A stretch of 64,000 bases of DNA from Octopus sinensis (taxonomy: Eukaryota). The position numbers were made by a program, and so were the translations under genes. The first letter of the stretch is position 1. The number at the start of each line of letters is the position of its first letter. The stretch covers positions 33,852,001 to 33,916,000 of the forward strand of contig NC_043013.1 of assembly GCF_006345805.1 (NCBI RefSeq), given 5' to 3'. The notes below the pieces were generated by a model. The model searched no databases. It was not told the origin of the DNA and worked only from the letters and a program-made list of their open reading frames with translations. Below, in pieces: positions 38,542 through 51,343 of the stretch.

Positions 38542-38651
38542 GCTGATGTTGTTATTACTCTATCTGTTATCGTTATGACTAAGGTTATTGACACTATCTG
38601 ACAATGTCGTTTATGATTTCGATAGAAGGTATTGCAAATCTCTGGACTCAT
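38321..38651 (-). CDS. Candidate first coding exon: MSPEIC..TTSA(I)25TIVTPVCNS-RINPNK..EKFRRNFNSKKSRCCMGYRK
   Basis: ORF 38307..38651 with donor AAGG|gtttgt at 38321/38320 leaving phase 1, which matches the 52-nt exon (G+TA = Val). Hydrophobic run followed by a P-V-C-N-S cleavage-like end; RR dibasic site. The true 5' start is uncertain. Confidence 0.45.
38467..38541 (-). repeat. (AAT)25 microsatellite inside the candidate exon
   Basis: 75 nt read directly; gives 25 Ile in the ORF frame. Confidence 0.95.
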
Positions 38652-39370
38652 TATTCAAATCATGCTGACGTCAACTTTGCTTGCATTCCATTCTTTCGGG
38701 GTCGCTAAATAAAGTGCCTATTCACTATTTGTTACGATTCTTATCTCACTTCCTCTCTATGCCATCTTCTAGTTTCAGCTCATGAGCTGTTGCTATGCTG
38801 GGGCTGTGTGCCACATCGGGTGGCATTATCAGTAAGAATGACATCAAAATGGCTAGATACAAAGTTTTGGGGTAGTGTTTCGTCAGAAATTACTAAATGT
38901 TTATTTTTTTTATGAATAAAGACATTTAGGGATCGAGAAAAATGTTGAAGCATATTACACTTCAGTTTTAGTATGTTGCTATTTTTTTTTCCTAATATCA
39001 TACAACAAAAACAGATTTAGGTTTAGAAAGAGAGAAGAAAAAGATTGGTTTTTATATTTATTTCATTCATTTATAAATTTTTGTAGATTTCACTATGGTA
39101 GACAGTTTGGTCTTGCATCGACGCCTATTTGAAATCACTGCCAAAAGAAAGGACATTTTGCTAAAAGTATGCAAATTAAAATCGTCATCAATAACATCTT
39201 TATAAACACATCGTCCATCTTATCCATTAAAATCTTCAAGTAAATAATTGCTGCTTTTCCTATAGAAACTGGGCATATTGCCACCTCAGTTTCGGCTAAT
39301 GGAAATGCCTTAAATGTTTTGCAGCCATTCATGTGTGTGTGTGTGTGTGTGTGTGTACGTATATCTGTAA

Positions 39371-39408
<38 letters not shown>

Positions 39409-39929
39409 TATATCTGTAATTTGTGTGTATGAATTACATTATTAATATTCAGAATGTGAAAGTTTTTACTTACTGAACTTTCTATTGTTTTTATTAAAAT
39501 TTTGCTTCATTATTAGACTAATAAATGTTCTAAAAGACGAATTTTTGCTCGCTATCAGATTAATCATTTGTAAAGTGACAAGGCTTCTAATTTCGCATTT
39601 TTCGATTTAAGAAAAATATTTTAGGCTCACCATGCACTCATTCAAACCCTTCTAGCAGGCGAGTGAATTGTATGATGCTCTCATCGAATTTTTTTCTAAA
39701 GTAGCCAGTTTATTCTACTCTCATTTCAATGTAACAATTGTTTCTTGATCGTTTGTTTCATATTGTTGGCTTTTAAATTTATTATTTTTTATGAAAATTC
39801 TCAGCTTATTTTCTGGGTATGGTGGAAAGTGTCAGCTGTCCACAGCCAGTAGACTCAAGTGATTCTTGTTTTACTGGTCATGCTTCAAGAACCCTGCAAA
39901 GAATTCTTGCAGTTCCAAGCAATGCGAAG

Positions 39930-40566
39930 TTATTATTATTATTATTATTATTATTGACTGAGAGAGCAGTGCATACCATCAAAGTGACATTGGGATAAAA
40001 TGTACAAAGCCAAGTATACCCATCATGACTACACGTCTGATAAGGGTACACCAGTCACATGCATCACAATCATATGTGCAGGCATGGTGAACTCATATCA
40101 AGATAAGCAGCGCATAACCTTGCAGATGGGGCCCATCCCGCTCAAAGGAGCCCTAAATAAGGGTTGTTGAACGAAACACTAATGTTTCCAAAGGTGAATT
40201 ATCCAAACCCCACAGAATGTCTCTCAACTCATGGTTATGATGCTTCCCCACTACTTCTGCCCCAGATCAGAGATGCACATATCGTCAGCCACTAAGAGAC
40301 ATGCTCAACTGGTTAAAGTCAAACATCTCACAAGCAAATCTATCTATCTATCTATTTATTTTGTCCCTTTCCATCACTCTCTCTCTCTGTTGCTTTTCTC
40401 TTGACAATTACCCTGTCTTTAAATACCTAGCTCTGTTGTCTTTAGCTTGCAGTAGCCCATCTTTTATACCAAGACAGAACAATGTACATGATAACACTTC
40501 CAATCAGTTAAGATCAGAAGCCATAAGAACCATTGTCTGGTACTGCATCAGGGCATTTGTTATTAT
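39930..40566 (-). mobile_element. Retroposon-like repeat with (AAT)n tail, interrupted at 40341-40448
   Basis: GC-balanced block bounded by ATT repeats; resembles an abundant octopus repeat as I recall it (not verified). Confidence 0.5.
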
Positions 40567-40583
40567 TATTATTTATTAGTGAA

Positions 40584-40925
40584 GGCGCATGGCTCGGTGG
40601 TTAGAGCATCGGGCTCACAATCATGAGGAAGTGAGTTCGATTCCCGGGCTGGGCTGGGCTGTGTTGTGTTCTTCAGCAAGACATTTTATTTCATGTTGCT
40701 CCAGTTCACTCAGCTGTAGAAATGACTTGCGAGGTCACAAGTACCAAGCTGTATCGGCGTTTCCCTTACTCTTTCCCTTGGATACCATCAGTGGCGCGAA
40801 GACGGAAGACTGGTCTGCATGAGTGACTGCTGGTCTTCCATAAAACATCTTGTCCGGACTTGTGCCTTGGAGGGGAACTTTCTAGGTGCAACCCCATGGA
40901 CATTCACGATTGAAGGGGCTCTTAG
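40584..40925 (+). mobile_element. tRNA-headed SINE family D
   Basis: GGCGCATGGCTCGGTGGTTAGAGC..GAGTTCGATTCCC head (A/B boxes), then GTGTTGTGTTCTTCAGCAAGACA core. Confidence 0.8.
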
Positions 40926-41515
40926 ATTTTTATTATTGTTGTTGCTGTTATCATCATCATCATAATCGCTACCACCTATATTATCGTTAAAATCGCCCGG
41001 CCGCTTTGGCCAGGAAGAGCAAACAGTTTTAGTTTTTCTCTGTCTATTGGAAAAGAAGATTGTTTGGAGGATTTGACTGAAAGGACTGAAGAGCGGCGCT
41101 TTCTCTTTTGGCCAAGCTCTCATCGACATTTTCAAGTTCTACTTTGAAAAGAAAGTGGAGTTGGTGAGAAGAACGTGCTGTGTCCCAGTAAATTTGTAAA
41201 AGGATGAGAGAATGTAGCTACTCTAAATCTGTGCCTGTAAGCAGAAGGATACTAAAAAAAAAGAGAAGTACTTTCCATGGTACTCCTGGTAAGTAGGGAG
41301 ATCTTTGATGGCCCCCTGGGTAGGGTTCTTTGGTTGCCCATAGAGTTTTCTCCACTGGGGAATTTTGTTATTAGAATTATCTTCCTAGTTGCCTTTTTCT
41401 CGTGTTTATGTAACTCTTCCTTTTCCTTTGTCATCGATTTGTTGCGAATGTTCTTACAGCCTTTTGTGGGCAATAAAGAAAGCGTTAAGATTATCGCTAT
41501 CATCACCATTTCATC

Positions 41516-41718
41516 GAGCAGAATCGTTTGTACGTCGGACAAAATGCTCAGAAACATTTTATTCCGACTCTTTACGTTCTGAGTTCAAATTCCACCTAAG
41601 TCGACTTTGCGTTTCATCTTTCATGGTCGAAAAATAGTAGAAACATTTAATGATCGATGTCGATGTAACCGACTTACCCACTTCTGCTAAATTTGCTGGC
41701 CACGCACCAAAATTTGAT
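41516..41718 (+). mobile_element. SINE family B, old diverged copy
   Basis: ttacgttctgagttcaaattccacctaagtcgactttgc. Confidence 0.75.
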
Positions 41719-42737
41719 ATCGTTATTATGAATTTTGCTTTTGCAAGTTTAGTTAGAAATACAATTAAAATTAAGCTAACAAGATCATTGTACCCAAAAA
41801 GCTGCCATTATTTCTAAAAAAGGGAAAAGCGGGGTTAATGATATTTTTATGCAGCTCTATTTAAAATGGCAAAGATTTGCATAAGATGTTAATATTGATT
41901 CAAAGCAGTTCCATTATCGCATTTATTTAGAATAATTTCTATTAAAATTTTGCACAAATTTTATTATAAAAATTGCAACACCAAAAACAAAAGCAAAATT
42001 CCGGGCAAAAAAGATTATAGTGCTGCAAAACGTATTCACGTATTTAAGATACAACGATCAATATCCCAGCAAATCGTATTTTATTGTCATGTTTTCGTTG
42101 CCTTTTCGGGTTTTTATGGTCGTTACTTATTATCATTGACTACTTATATATTACTATTGACAACTTGCTCATGTTTTATTATCGTGTTCTTTTGACTTTT
42201 CGTCTTTTTATAGCTAGCTTTTTTTTTCCTCGGCTTTCTGGTGTTTTAGCAACAATATTGTAGTAATTAGTATTTGTGAACGTACACGAATATCTCATTT
42301 GCGAATTGATTAGTAATTAAAGCAAAAGAAGCAGAAAATTATATAAAAAAAAACCATAAGCTTCCCCTTAGTTACTAATAATGTATTTTATTTATATCAA
42401 AGAAAACCGGAAAAACTGAAGGAGCTTCATCATATCACCGTTGATTAATAATCAAATTACACACAATATTACGAAAATTAAAATTATTTCAAATTCTGTG
42501 CCAATATTTAATTTCCAGCCTTTGATTACTGATTGAATCAATTTCGTTTTTAAATTAATTTAATTTAGAAAATAGTAGGAATAATTGGAAAGATTAATTG
42601 TTTTTAAATATAAAGCTGGGGATAGTTTAACTGTAAAGTGAATTGTTTTGATCATTAGGTTCATATACTTTAGGCAAAGCTTCGAAAAACAGAATTACTT
42701 TTAACAATCTATATAAAATATTGATGCACACTTTACA

Positions 42738-42753
42738 TCTATCTATCTATCTT

Positions 42754-42832
<79 letters not shown>

Positions 42833-43451
42833 GTCTGTATGTCTGTCTGTCTCTCTGCCTGTCTGTCTGTCTGCCTGTCTGTCTGTCTGTTAAAAATCAG
42901 CATAATTTGGAAAGGGAATTTTCATGTCGAAATCAGTTCAGATAAATTGTTTCGTTTCTAACAGCAAAACAGAATACTAGCAAGCGTTGATTAAAATCGT
43001 CTTTTCTAGTTTGAAGATTGAAAGCCTAACATTCTCAGTCTCTCTTCTTCTTTTTCTTCTTCTTCTCCTCCTTCTTTCCTTCTCCTCCTCTACCAAACAA
43101 TGCCCTGTATTCTCCATCTATTGACATCTGTTATACAATTTTCTTGATATTCCATATTACTCTCTAAAACCATCTATTTTCTTAGTTTCCTTTCTCTCTA
43201 TGTATCTAACTATATGTCTGTCAGTCTGTCTGTCAGTCCGTCAGGTTATCTATCTATCTCTCTTCATCTATCTACCTATCAATCAAGTAATCTATCTCTC
43301 CATCTATCTATATTTATCAGTCTATCTAACTATATCTATTTATCTATCCATCTATCTACCTACCAATCAATCAATCAAGCAATCTATCTATATTTATCAG
43401 TCTATCTATATCGATCAATCAAACAATCTATCTCTCTATCTACATTTATCC

Positions 43452-43529
<78 letters not shown>

Positions 43530-43530
43530 T
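42738..43530 (+). repeat. (TCTA)n / (TCTG)n tetranucleotide tracts and degenerate derivatives
   Basis: Pure runs at ~42738-42830 and ~43450-43530. Confidence 0.9.
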
Positions 43531-44306
43531 TATTTTGTCCCTTTCCATCACTCTCTCTCTCTCTGTTGCTTTTCTCTTGACAATTACCCTGTCTTTAAAT
43601 ACCTAGCTCTGTTGTCTTTAGCTTCCCTCTCAATTCAATGTACCCTACCTCCCATTTATTTCATTATTATCTCTCTAAAAACCATTTAAACACACACACA
43701 CACACACACCACACACACACACAACACACACACACACACATACATACACATGCAAATACATATACATAACTTATATGCATAACCTGAAACCTTCTTTAAT
43801 TCTTCCTACACTAATTGGGAATTCATCTCCATAATCATATATCTTTCTCACTCTCTCTCTCTCTCTCTTTCCCTATTAAAGAACTCAATACCTAGTTAGG
43901 ATATCGTAGAATATAAATTATTCATTATAACTAAATATGTTATACGAATACATTCAATACTGAATATGGTGGTATTGACCAAAGTTTCGTTAGTGATCAC
44001 AATATTTAGCTGTGACACACACAAAAACATACAAAACACACACACGCGAACACATGTGAGCAGACTCATTCGTTTTGAGTCTGTTTTCCAATACTAGAAT
44101 GGATTAGATGAATGCTTATTAATGAGGCAATATTTTATCGCCTTTTCCTTTCACTAATGTTTACTCATTGTAACGATGATATAAAGCATCATGCTCATCA
44201 TCATCACCATCACCACCATATTCATTTTACATCCACTTTTCATGCTGGTACGGGTCGTACGATTTGACTGTATCTGATGGAACTGAATATGTCAAGCTTG
44301 GTCGGC

Positions 44307-44730
44307 TTTACTCTTTTACTTGTTGTTTCAGTCATTTGACAGTGGCCATGCTGGAGCACCGCCTTTAGTCGAGCAAATCGACCCCAGGACTTATTCTTTG
44401 TAAGCTTAGTGCTTATTCTATGGGTCTCTTTTGCCAAACCACTAAGTTACGAGAAGTTTAACACACCATCATCGGTTGTCAAGCGATGTTGGGGAGACGA
44501 ACACAGACACACAAACACGTACACAAACGTACATATATACATATATACGTACATATATACATATATACGAAGGGCCTTTTTCAGTTTCCGTCTACCAAAT
44601 TCACTCACAAGGATTTGGTCGGCCCGAGGCTATAGTAGAAGACACTTGCCCGAGGTACCACGCAGTAGGACTGAACCCAGAACCATGTGGCTGGTAAGTA
44701 AGCTACATACTACACAGCCACTCCTACGCC
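44307..44730 (-). mobile_element. SINE family A, full length
   Basis: Head-to-tail match to the family. Confidence 0.9.
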
Positions 44731-44814
44731 TATAACGAACTTTGACTAAGTTTTTCCAAATGTATGCCCCTTTTAATGATAACCATTCTACGGAGTGTAC
44801 TGGGTCGCATCTGC

Positions 44815-44988
44815 TATACGTTACGTTCTGAGTTCAAATTCCGCCGAGGTTGACTTTGCCTTTCGTCCTTTCGGGGTCGATTAAATAAGCACCATTTAAT
44901 CACTGGGGTCGATGTAATCGACTTCATCCGCTTATCTATCCTTGCTTGTCCACTCTATGTGTAGCCCCCTGTGGGCAATAAAGAAATA
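44815..44988 (+). mobile_element. SINE family B, 5'-truncated, GTGGGCAATAAAGAAATA tail
   Basis: Body and tail match 21443-21673. Confidence 0.85.
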
Positions 44989-45202
44989 TATATTTATTCG
45001 TGTATATATGTATGTCGTTATTTAGTTTTATTTCAAGACTTCATGAACAATAGAGAAAAAGATGATTTCTAACCTAGATCCAAGGCTACTTCGCTGGAGT
45101 TTCAACAATATCCCCAAGGTATATTCGTAAGTATGTATATGTGCAAATTTGTATGGTCTGTTTTATGTATGGGCGAAGGTAAGGAATATTCACATCCAGC
45201 GT

Positions 45203-45264
45203 TTAGGGTTAGGGTTAGGGCTAGGGTTTAGGGATATGGTTAGGAGTTAGGTATAGGGTTTAGG
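45203..45264 (+). repeat. Short interstitial TTAGGG-like array
   Basis: (TTAGGG)3 CTAGGG TTTAGGG followed by degenerate units. Confidence 0.8.
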
Positions 45265-45895
45265 CTTACTACGAAAATGAGTGGTGTGTGTATTCTTTAC
45301 CTCTGCCTATGTATATATTCTCATGCATATAGTTGTAGGTGTAGACATGCTCATATGCAATGTATATATGTACGTATTTATGTATGTATATGTGTGTGTG
45401 TGCGTGTGTGCTTGTATGTGTCTATGCATATATACATGTGTATGTGTATGTGTCTATGCATATATACGAGTGTGTGTGTGAGTGTGTGTGTGTGTGTGTG
45501 TATTATTTTAGATGAGTCTGTTGCTACATTAATTTCCACCAGTAAGTCTACAGTGTCTTTATGACTCATAGCTTGTCGGAAAACCCTGTTCAACTACAAG
45601 TGATTCTCTGAAATAAAATATATTATTAATCTCTGCTATGGTATTGAGTACTCTTTTTTTCTGACGGTTAACACCAAACATATATACATATACATATATA
45701 TAAATATATGAAATTATTCTTTTTCACTAGCCACCTACCAATACCACCAACTTACACTGATCAGTATGAAGTTACAATGGGAGATACTTGCTCAAGAATC
45801 CATGCAGTGAGAACAAGAAACCGCATGTTTATGAAGTAAATTGTGTATCCACGCAGGCTTGCCTGTACTTGTATATATATATATATTTGTATATA

Positions 45896-46080
45896 GGGAA
45901 GAATTCACAAAAAAAACAAAAGACGAAGACAGGTGGTGTAGACAACAAACAGATGTGTTAGTTTAACGCTCGGGAAGTGAAAAAGTCTTTAATGTTTCGA
46001 GCCTACGTTCTTCCACAGAAAGGAACACAGAAACAGGGAGAGAAAATAAAAAATGTGTAGTGGCTAGCGACCTATAACGA
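45896..46080 (-). mobile_element. Penelope-like relic, homolog of 4621-4810
   Basis: The reverse complement aligns with 4621-4810, including CTGTGGA-A-GAAC-gtag-GCTC-GAAAC. Confidence 0.55.
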
Positions 46081-46083
46081 CGA

Positions 46084-46137
<54 letters not shown>

Positions 46138-46145
<8 letters not shown>

Positions 46146-46319
46146 ATCACGTGACCGACCAGACCATCAGATGTTGTTACACATCGCTGGTCACAATGCG
46201 TTCGCATTGTTTTAGCCTTCGAATGACGCCACCCCGTTAGCTAACCGAGCAGGCCACGTGATATATATATACATATATATATATATATATTATATATATA
46301 TATATGTATGTATGTATGT

Positions 46320-46383
<64 letters not shown>

Positions 46384-46780
46384 CACATACATATATGTAT
46401 ATGCGTGTATATATATCGTGGCACTCTGTCGGTTATGACGATGAGGGTTCCAGCTGATCTGATCAATGGAACAGCCTGCTCATGTAATTAACGTGCAAGT
46501 GGCTGAGCGCTCTAAAGACACCTGTACCCTCAACGTAGTTTTCGGGAAGATTCAATGTAACACAGAGTGTAACAAGGCTGGCTCCTTTGAAATACAGATA
46601 CAACAAAAACAGGAAGAAAGAGTGAGAGAAAGTTGTGGTGAAAGAGTACATCAGGGTTCGCACCATTCCCTGTCGGAGCGTCGTGGAGCTTTAAGTGTTT
46701 TCGCTCAATAAACACGCACAACGCCCGGTCTGGGAATCGAAACTGCAATCCTACAACTGTGAGTCCGCTGCCCTTCCACT
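46138..46780 (-). mobile_element. SINE family C: tail-ii fragment (46138-46255) and near-complete tail-i copy (46418-46780)
   Basis: Match to 28663 and 3431 respectively. Confidence 0.8.
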
Positions 46781-46781
46781 G

Positions 46782-46824
<43 letters not shown>

Positions 46825-47191
46825 ATACAACATGCATTACTGGTTCATCACTGGAAGCCTATCCCACTCTCTAATTCACATATCATATCTCCAATCATCA
46901 CAAACATTTCACATTTCATTTTCATTATTTCTTTTCATACTTCTATTCTTCTTCAAAAGCAATGCTTCCAATTTTGCTTCTTTTGTTCCTTAGTAAAATT
47001 AATATCAACAACAACAACAAAAACAATAGTAACAATCATTAATGTGTGAAAAACAAATATAATCCTAATTTCAACAATTATACGTTAGGTATGCATATAT
47101 GATTGTGTTTGCGTGTGTGTGTGTGTGAGTGTGTGTGTGTATTTTCTAGTAAATCAGCCCCAAGGCACTGTGATATACATGCATATATATA

Positions 47192-47236
<45 letters not shown>

Positions 47237-47709
47237 CTGAGTGATAGAGTAGGAGTGAGAGAGTAAGAGTAAAGATAGCAAATCGGTAGATAGGCTGCAA
47301 GATAGGTATTGATATTTCCAAAGAAAATGACCCTCATAAAAACATCAGAAAATAACCAATATATCAGAAAATGGAAGAATATGAGGAATAGTTAAGGATC
47401 AAAGATGAAGGAGAGAAAGAGAATAGGAAACAAGTATTATAAGTAGAGAGAGAGGGGAGAGAGAGAGAGAGAGAAGGGAAGAAAGATAGAGATTGAAAAT
47501 ATGAGAGGAAAATTTTAGAAAAAAAATGTATGTAAGTAAAAAACATACTATAATCACATATGCACCAAGGCAACATAGAAGTGGTTAAAATCATTAAAAG
47601 AAAATTCAAAAACTGCCTGAGACAAATATATAATACATAAATAATTATGTATCTATATGTACAGTTCTGTGTCCTCATTGAATTCATTCACAGTATGTTT
47701 GTGTGCAAG

Positions 47710-47746
<37 letters not shown>

Positions 47747-48047
47747 TTACATGGGAGAGAGAAAATGAGAAAAATAGATAAACAGATTGATAAATAGGTT
47801 CATAGATAGATGGATAGACAAACAAGTACAAGAGAGAGATTTAGACACCTAATCAAATATAGTATAGTATATGAATCAATAAAAAGAGGTGTATCGATAA
47901 AAATTTATGTACACTCACATCTCTCTGTCTGCCTCTCTCTCTCTCTCCATCTCTCTCTACATATCTATATATATATATATATAATATATATATAATATAT
48001 ATATATATATACCTATGTATATACATACATATAATATACATATATTA

Positions 48048-48087
<40 letters not shown>

Positions 48088-48639
48088 ATCTATATATTTG
48101 TGTGTGTATATATATTTTTGTTTCACTATTGGAAGAGATATAAATATGAATATAGATGAAAAATATATATGAAAAAAAAACTTGAATAAATAGATAATAA
48201 GCATAGAGCAAAAACTAAATTAAAAAAATTTCTCAAGAATGCGTCAGCTCTAAGATAACACATCAAATACTTCACACACATGCGCACACAAACACATACA
48301 TGTATGCACGCATGCATACACACACACACACACACACACACATGCATAAAAATATAAATGCTTATATACATTGCAACAAAAAAAAAGTCATACGTGAACA
48401 AAAAAACACCTCGAATGTGGTGCAAAACCTACGATGATTTCATATGGACATAACAAGCAGGAAAACAATTGAGGACAATTTTGGAAAATTAGTTCTCACA
48501 CCATCAAAACTAAAATGATTAGTTCTAGTCTATGACACCTTTGTACGGGTGTTTTGCTGCTTCAGGCTTTACTCATGTGCAGCTTGATGAGTGTCTCAAA
48601 ACATACATACATACATACATACATACATACATACATACA

Positions 48640-48698
<59 letters not shown>

Positions 48699-49539
48699 AC
48701 ATATATATATACACACCGGGAGAATTCACAATATATATATATATATATATACACTAATACACACACATGTATGTATTATGTATGAGTGTATGCATGTATA
48801 TGTGTGTATACATATATATTATTTACGTATGTATTTGTGATTATATGGTTTTGTGTAACCATTTATAAGCAAGTATGTAAATATATATACATATGCATGA
48901 ATACACACACACATATATACATACCTATACACATATGCATCTACATCATGCATATATATATAATTATATATGTGATTAAGTGTGTATCTGCTCATATATA
49001 ATCACAAACAGCACACTCACGTATACTCACATAGGTAAAGATTGTATAACACAAGGGGGAGAACAAAACTGAAAATTAAAAAAAAACATCATTGAACTTC
49101 CCCAATATACACAAAAAACAATCATGCAGGTAAATATGTGTTCATATATCACACTTACCTACACATACATTCTTACATGTACAAATTATATTTTTGTGTG
49201 AGTGTGTATGTGTGGGAAAAAAAATGTAATGAACACACAGAAACATAAATTGATGAATAATGTTTCCTAGGTTTAGTGAAGTGATGAATGTATTGTTAAA
49301 TTGTTGTTCTTGCTGTTTATTCATATTCATATTGTGTTTTTTTAGTGTTATTACCATTGAAATAGAGGGAGATATTCATTAGATCCACACACCTACATAT
49401 ATCTATTAAAATGTATATGCATATGCCTATCTATCTATCTCTATATATACACATATTCATTCATATGCGCATATATATATATATATGTTTGTGTGTGTAT
49501 ATATATGTATATATGTTATGTATATATATTATATATGTT

Positions 49540-49592
<53 letters not shown>

Positions 49593-49938
49593 ATATACGT
49601 GTGTGCATACAACTTATGAGGCTTATTTCTTTTTTTGTACACCTGAAGCTTTTTTATCACCTAACAGTTTTGTATCATTTGCCTCACAAACCTTCCTCCC
49701 CCATTCATCCGCTCATACGTAGAATCATACAAACACCACCACCACTACTATGACCACCTCAAACACCAACAGTAATGCCATCGCATTCAAAACACACAGT
49801 GCAACCTTCCTAACCAGACCCACTATCCTATCATCACCATCTTTTTTCCAATTCCTCCCAACTTTGCTTATACCTTTAATTATATGAGAGAAGCAGTATG
49901 ATTTGCCTCAATTATTAGTTCAGAATATCTCTCTGCCT

Positions 49939-50025
<87 letters not shown>

Positions 50026-50276
50026 ATATATATACATATATATAAATGTCTGTATAATATGAAGAATAAAATATACTTCTTTGTGCAAACATATATCAAC
50101 ACAACAGATACGAATAATTTGAAGTGTAATGAGAATGAAAAGAATCTACACACAAGCATAAAATAAAATAGCTTCTGTTTATAAATATACATACAGGCAA
50201 ATATATATATATATGAATGCTTGTACGCATGGTTATACTTAGGTACATATATGTAGCTTGTATATATATAAATACA

Positions 50277-50332
<56 letters not shown>

Positions 50333-50530
50333 CACATTCACACTCATAATGTAAAAGAATATCTATGAAACAACCAACAAAACTGCCCACAAAAGAAGGT
50401 ATGAACTAATGCATATGTATTCATATTTTCCGTGTATTGGTTTCAAAATCGTTTCTCAAAGTTTCACGTGAACACGTGCATGCAGACACACAGGCACATA
50501 TGTACACACACATTCGTGCAAAGAATGCAT

Positions 50531-50868
50531 ATTTCTTTTCTACTCTAGGCACAAGGCCCGAAATTTTTGGAGGAATAGGCCAGTCGATTAGATCGACCCC
50601 AGTACGCAACTGGTACTTAATTTATCGACCCCAAAAGGATGAAAGGCAAAGTCGACCTCGGCGGAATTTGAACGCAGAACGTAAAGACAGAGAAAATACC
50701 GCTAAACACTTCACCAGGCGTGCTATCGTTTCTTATTTCTTTACTGCTCACAAGGGGCTAAACATAGAGGGGACAAACAAGGACAGACAAACGGATTAAG
50801 TCGATTACATCGACCCCAGTGCGTAGCTGGTACTTATTTAATCGACCCTGAATGGATGAAAGGCAAAG
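50531..50868 (-). mobile_element. SINE family B dimer, 5'-truncated
   Basis: Junction ctatcgtttc|ttatttctttac at 50732/50733, equivalent to the junction at 5878/5879. Confidence 0.85.
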
Positions 50869-50941
50869 ATTTTATTCGTTTGTTCAGACGACATGCCGAA
50901 GCTGATTAGTCAGCGATAAGAGACAGTGTTGCTTGTTGTTC

Positions 50942-51343
50942 GAGTGGCTGTGTGGTAAGTAGCTTGCTAACCAACAACATGGTTCCGGGTTCAGTCCCAC
51001 CGCGTGGCACCTTGGGCAAGTGTCTTCTGCTATAGCCCCGGGCCGACCAATGCCTTGTGAGTGGATTTGGTAGACGGAAACTGAAAGAAGCCTGTCGTAT
51101 ATATGTATATATATATATATGTGTGTGTGTGTGTTTGCGTGTCTGTGTTTGTCTCCCTAGCATTGCTTGACAACCGATGCTGGCGTGTTTAAGTCCCCGT
51201 TACTTAGCGGTTCGGCAAAAGGGGCCGATAGAATAAGTACTGGGCTTACAAAGAATAAGTCCCGGGGTCGATTTGATCGACTAAAGGCGGTGCTCCAGCA
51301 TGGCCGCAGTCAAATGACTGAAACAAGTAAAAGAGTAAAAAAG
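50942..51343 (+). mobile_element. SINE family A, young near full-length copy
   Basis: Cleanest family-A copy in the window. Confidence 0.9.

Noticed and set aside
39135-39332. Minus ORF ending in a hydrophobic stretch, and a strong acceptor-like cctttcttttggcag at ~39138
   Set aside because: The hydrophobicity comes from a T-rich tract, and the sequence after the acceptor closes in all frames before reaching exon 1. It could be a UTR exon, but nothing supports that.
41252-41637. Overlapping ~100-aa ORFs on both strands
   Set aside because: They partly run through a SINE, show no domain signature, and are expected by chance at this length.
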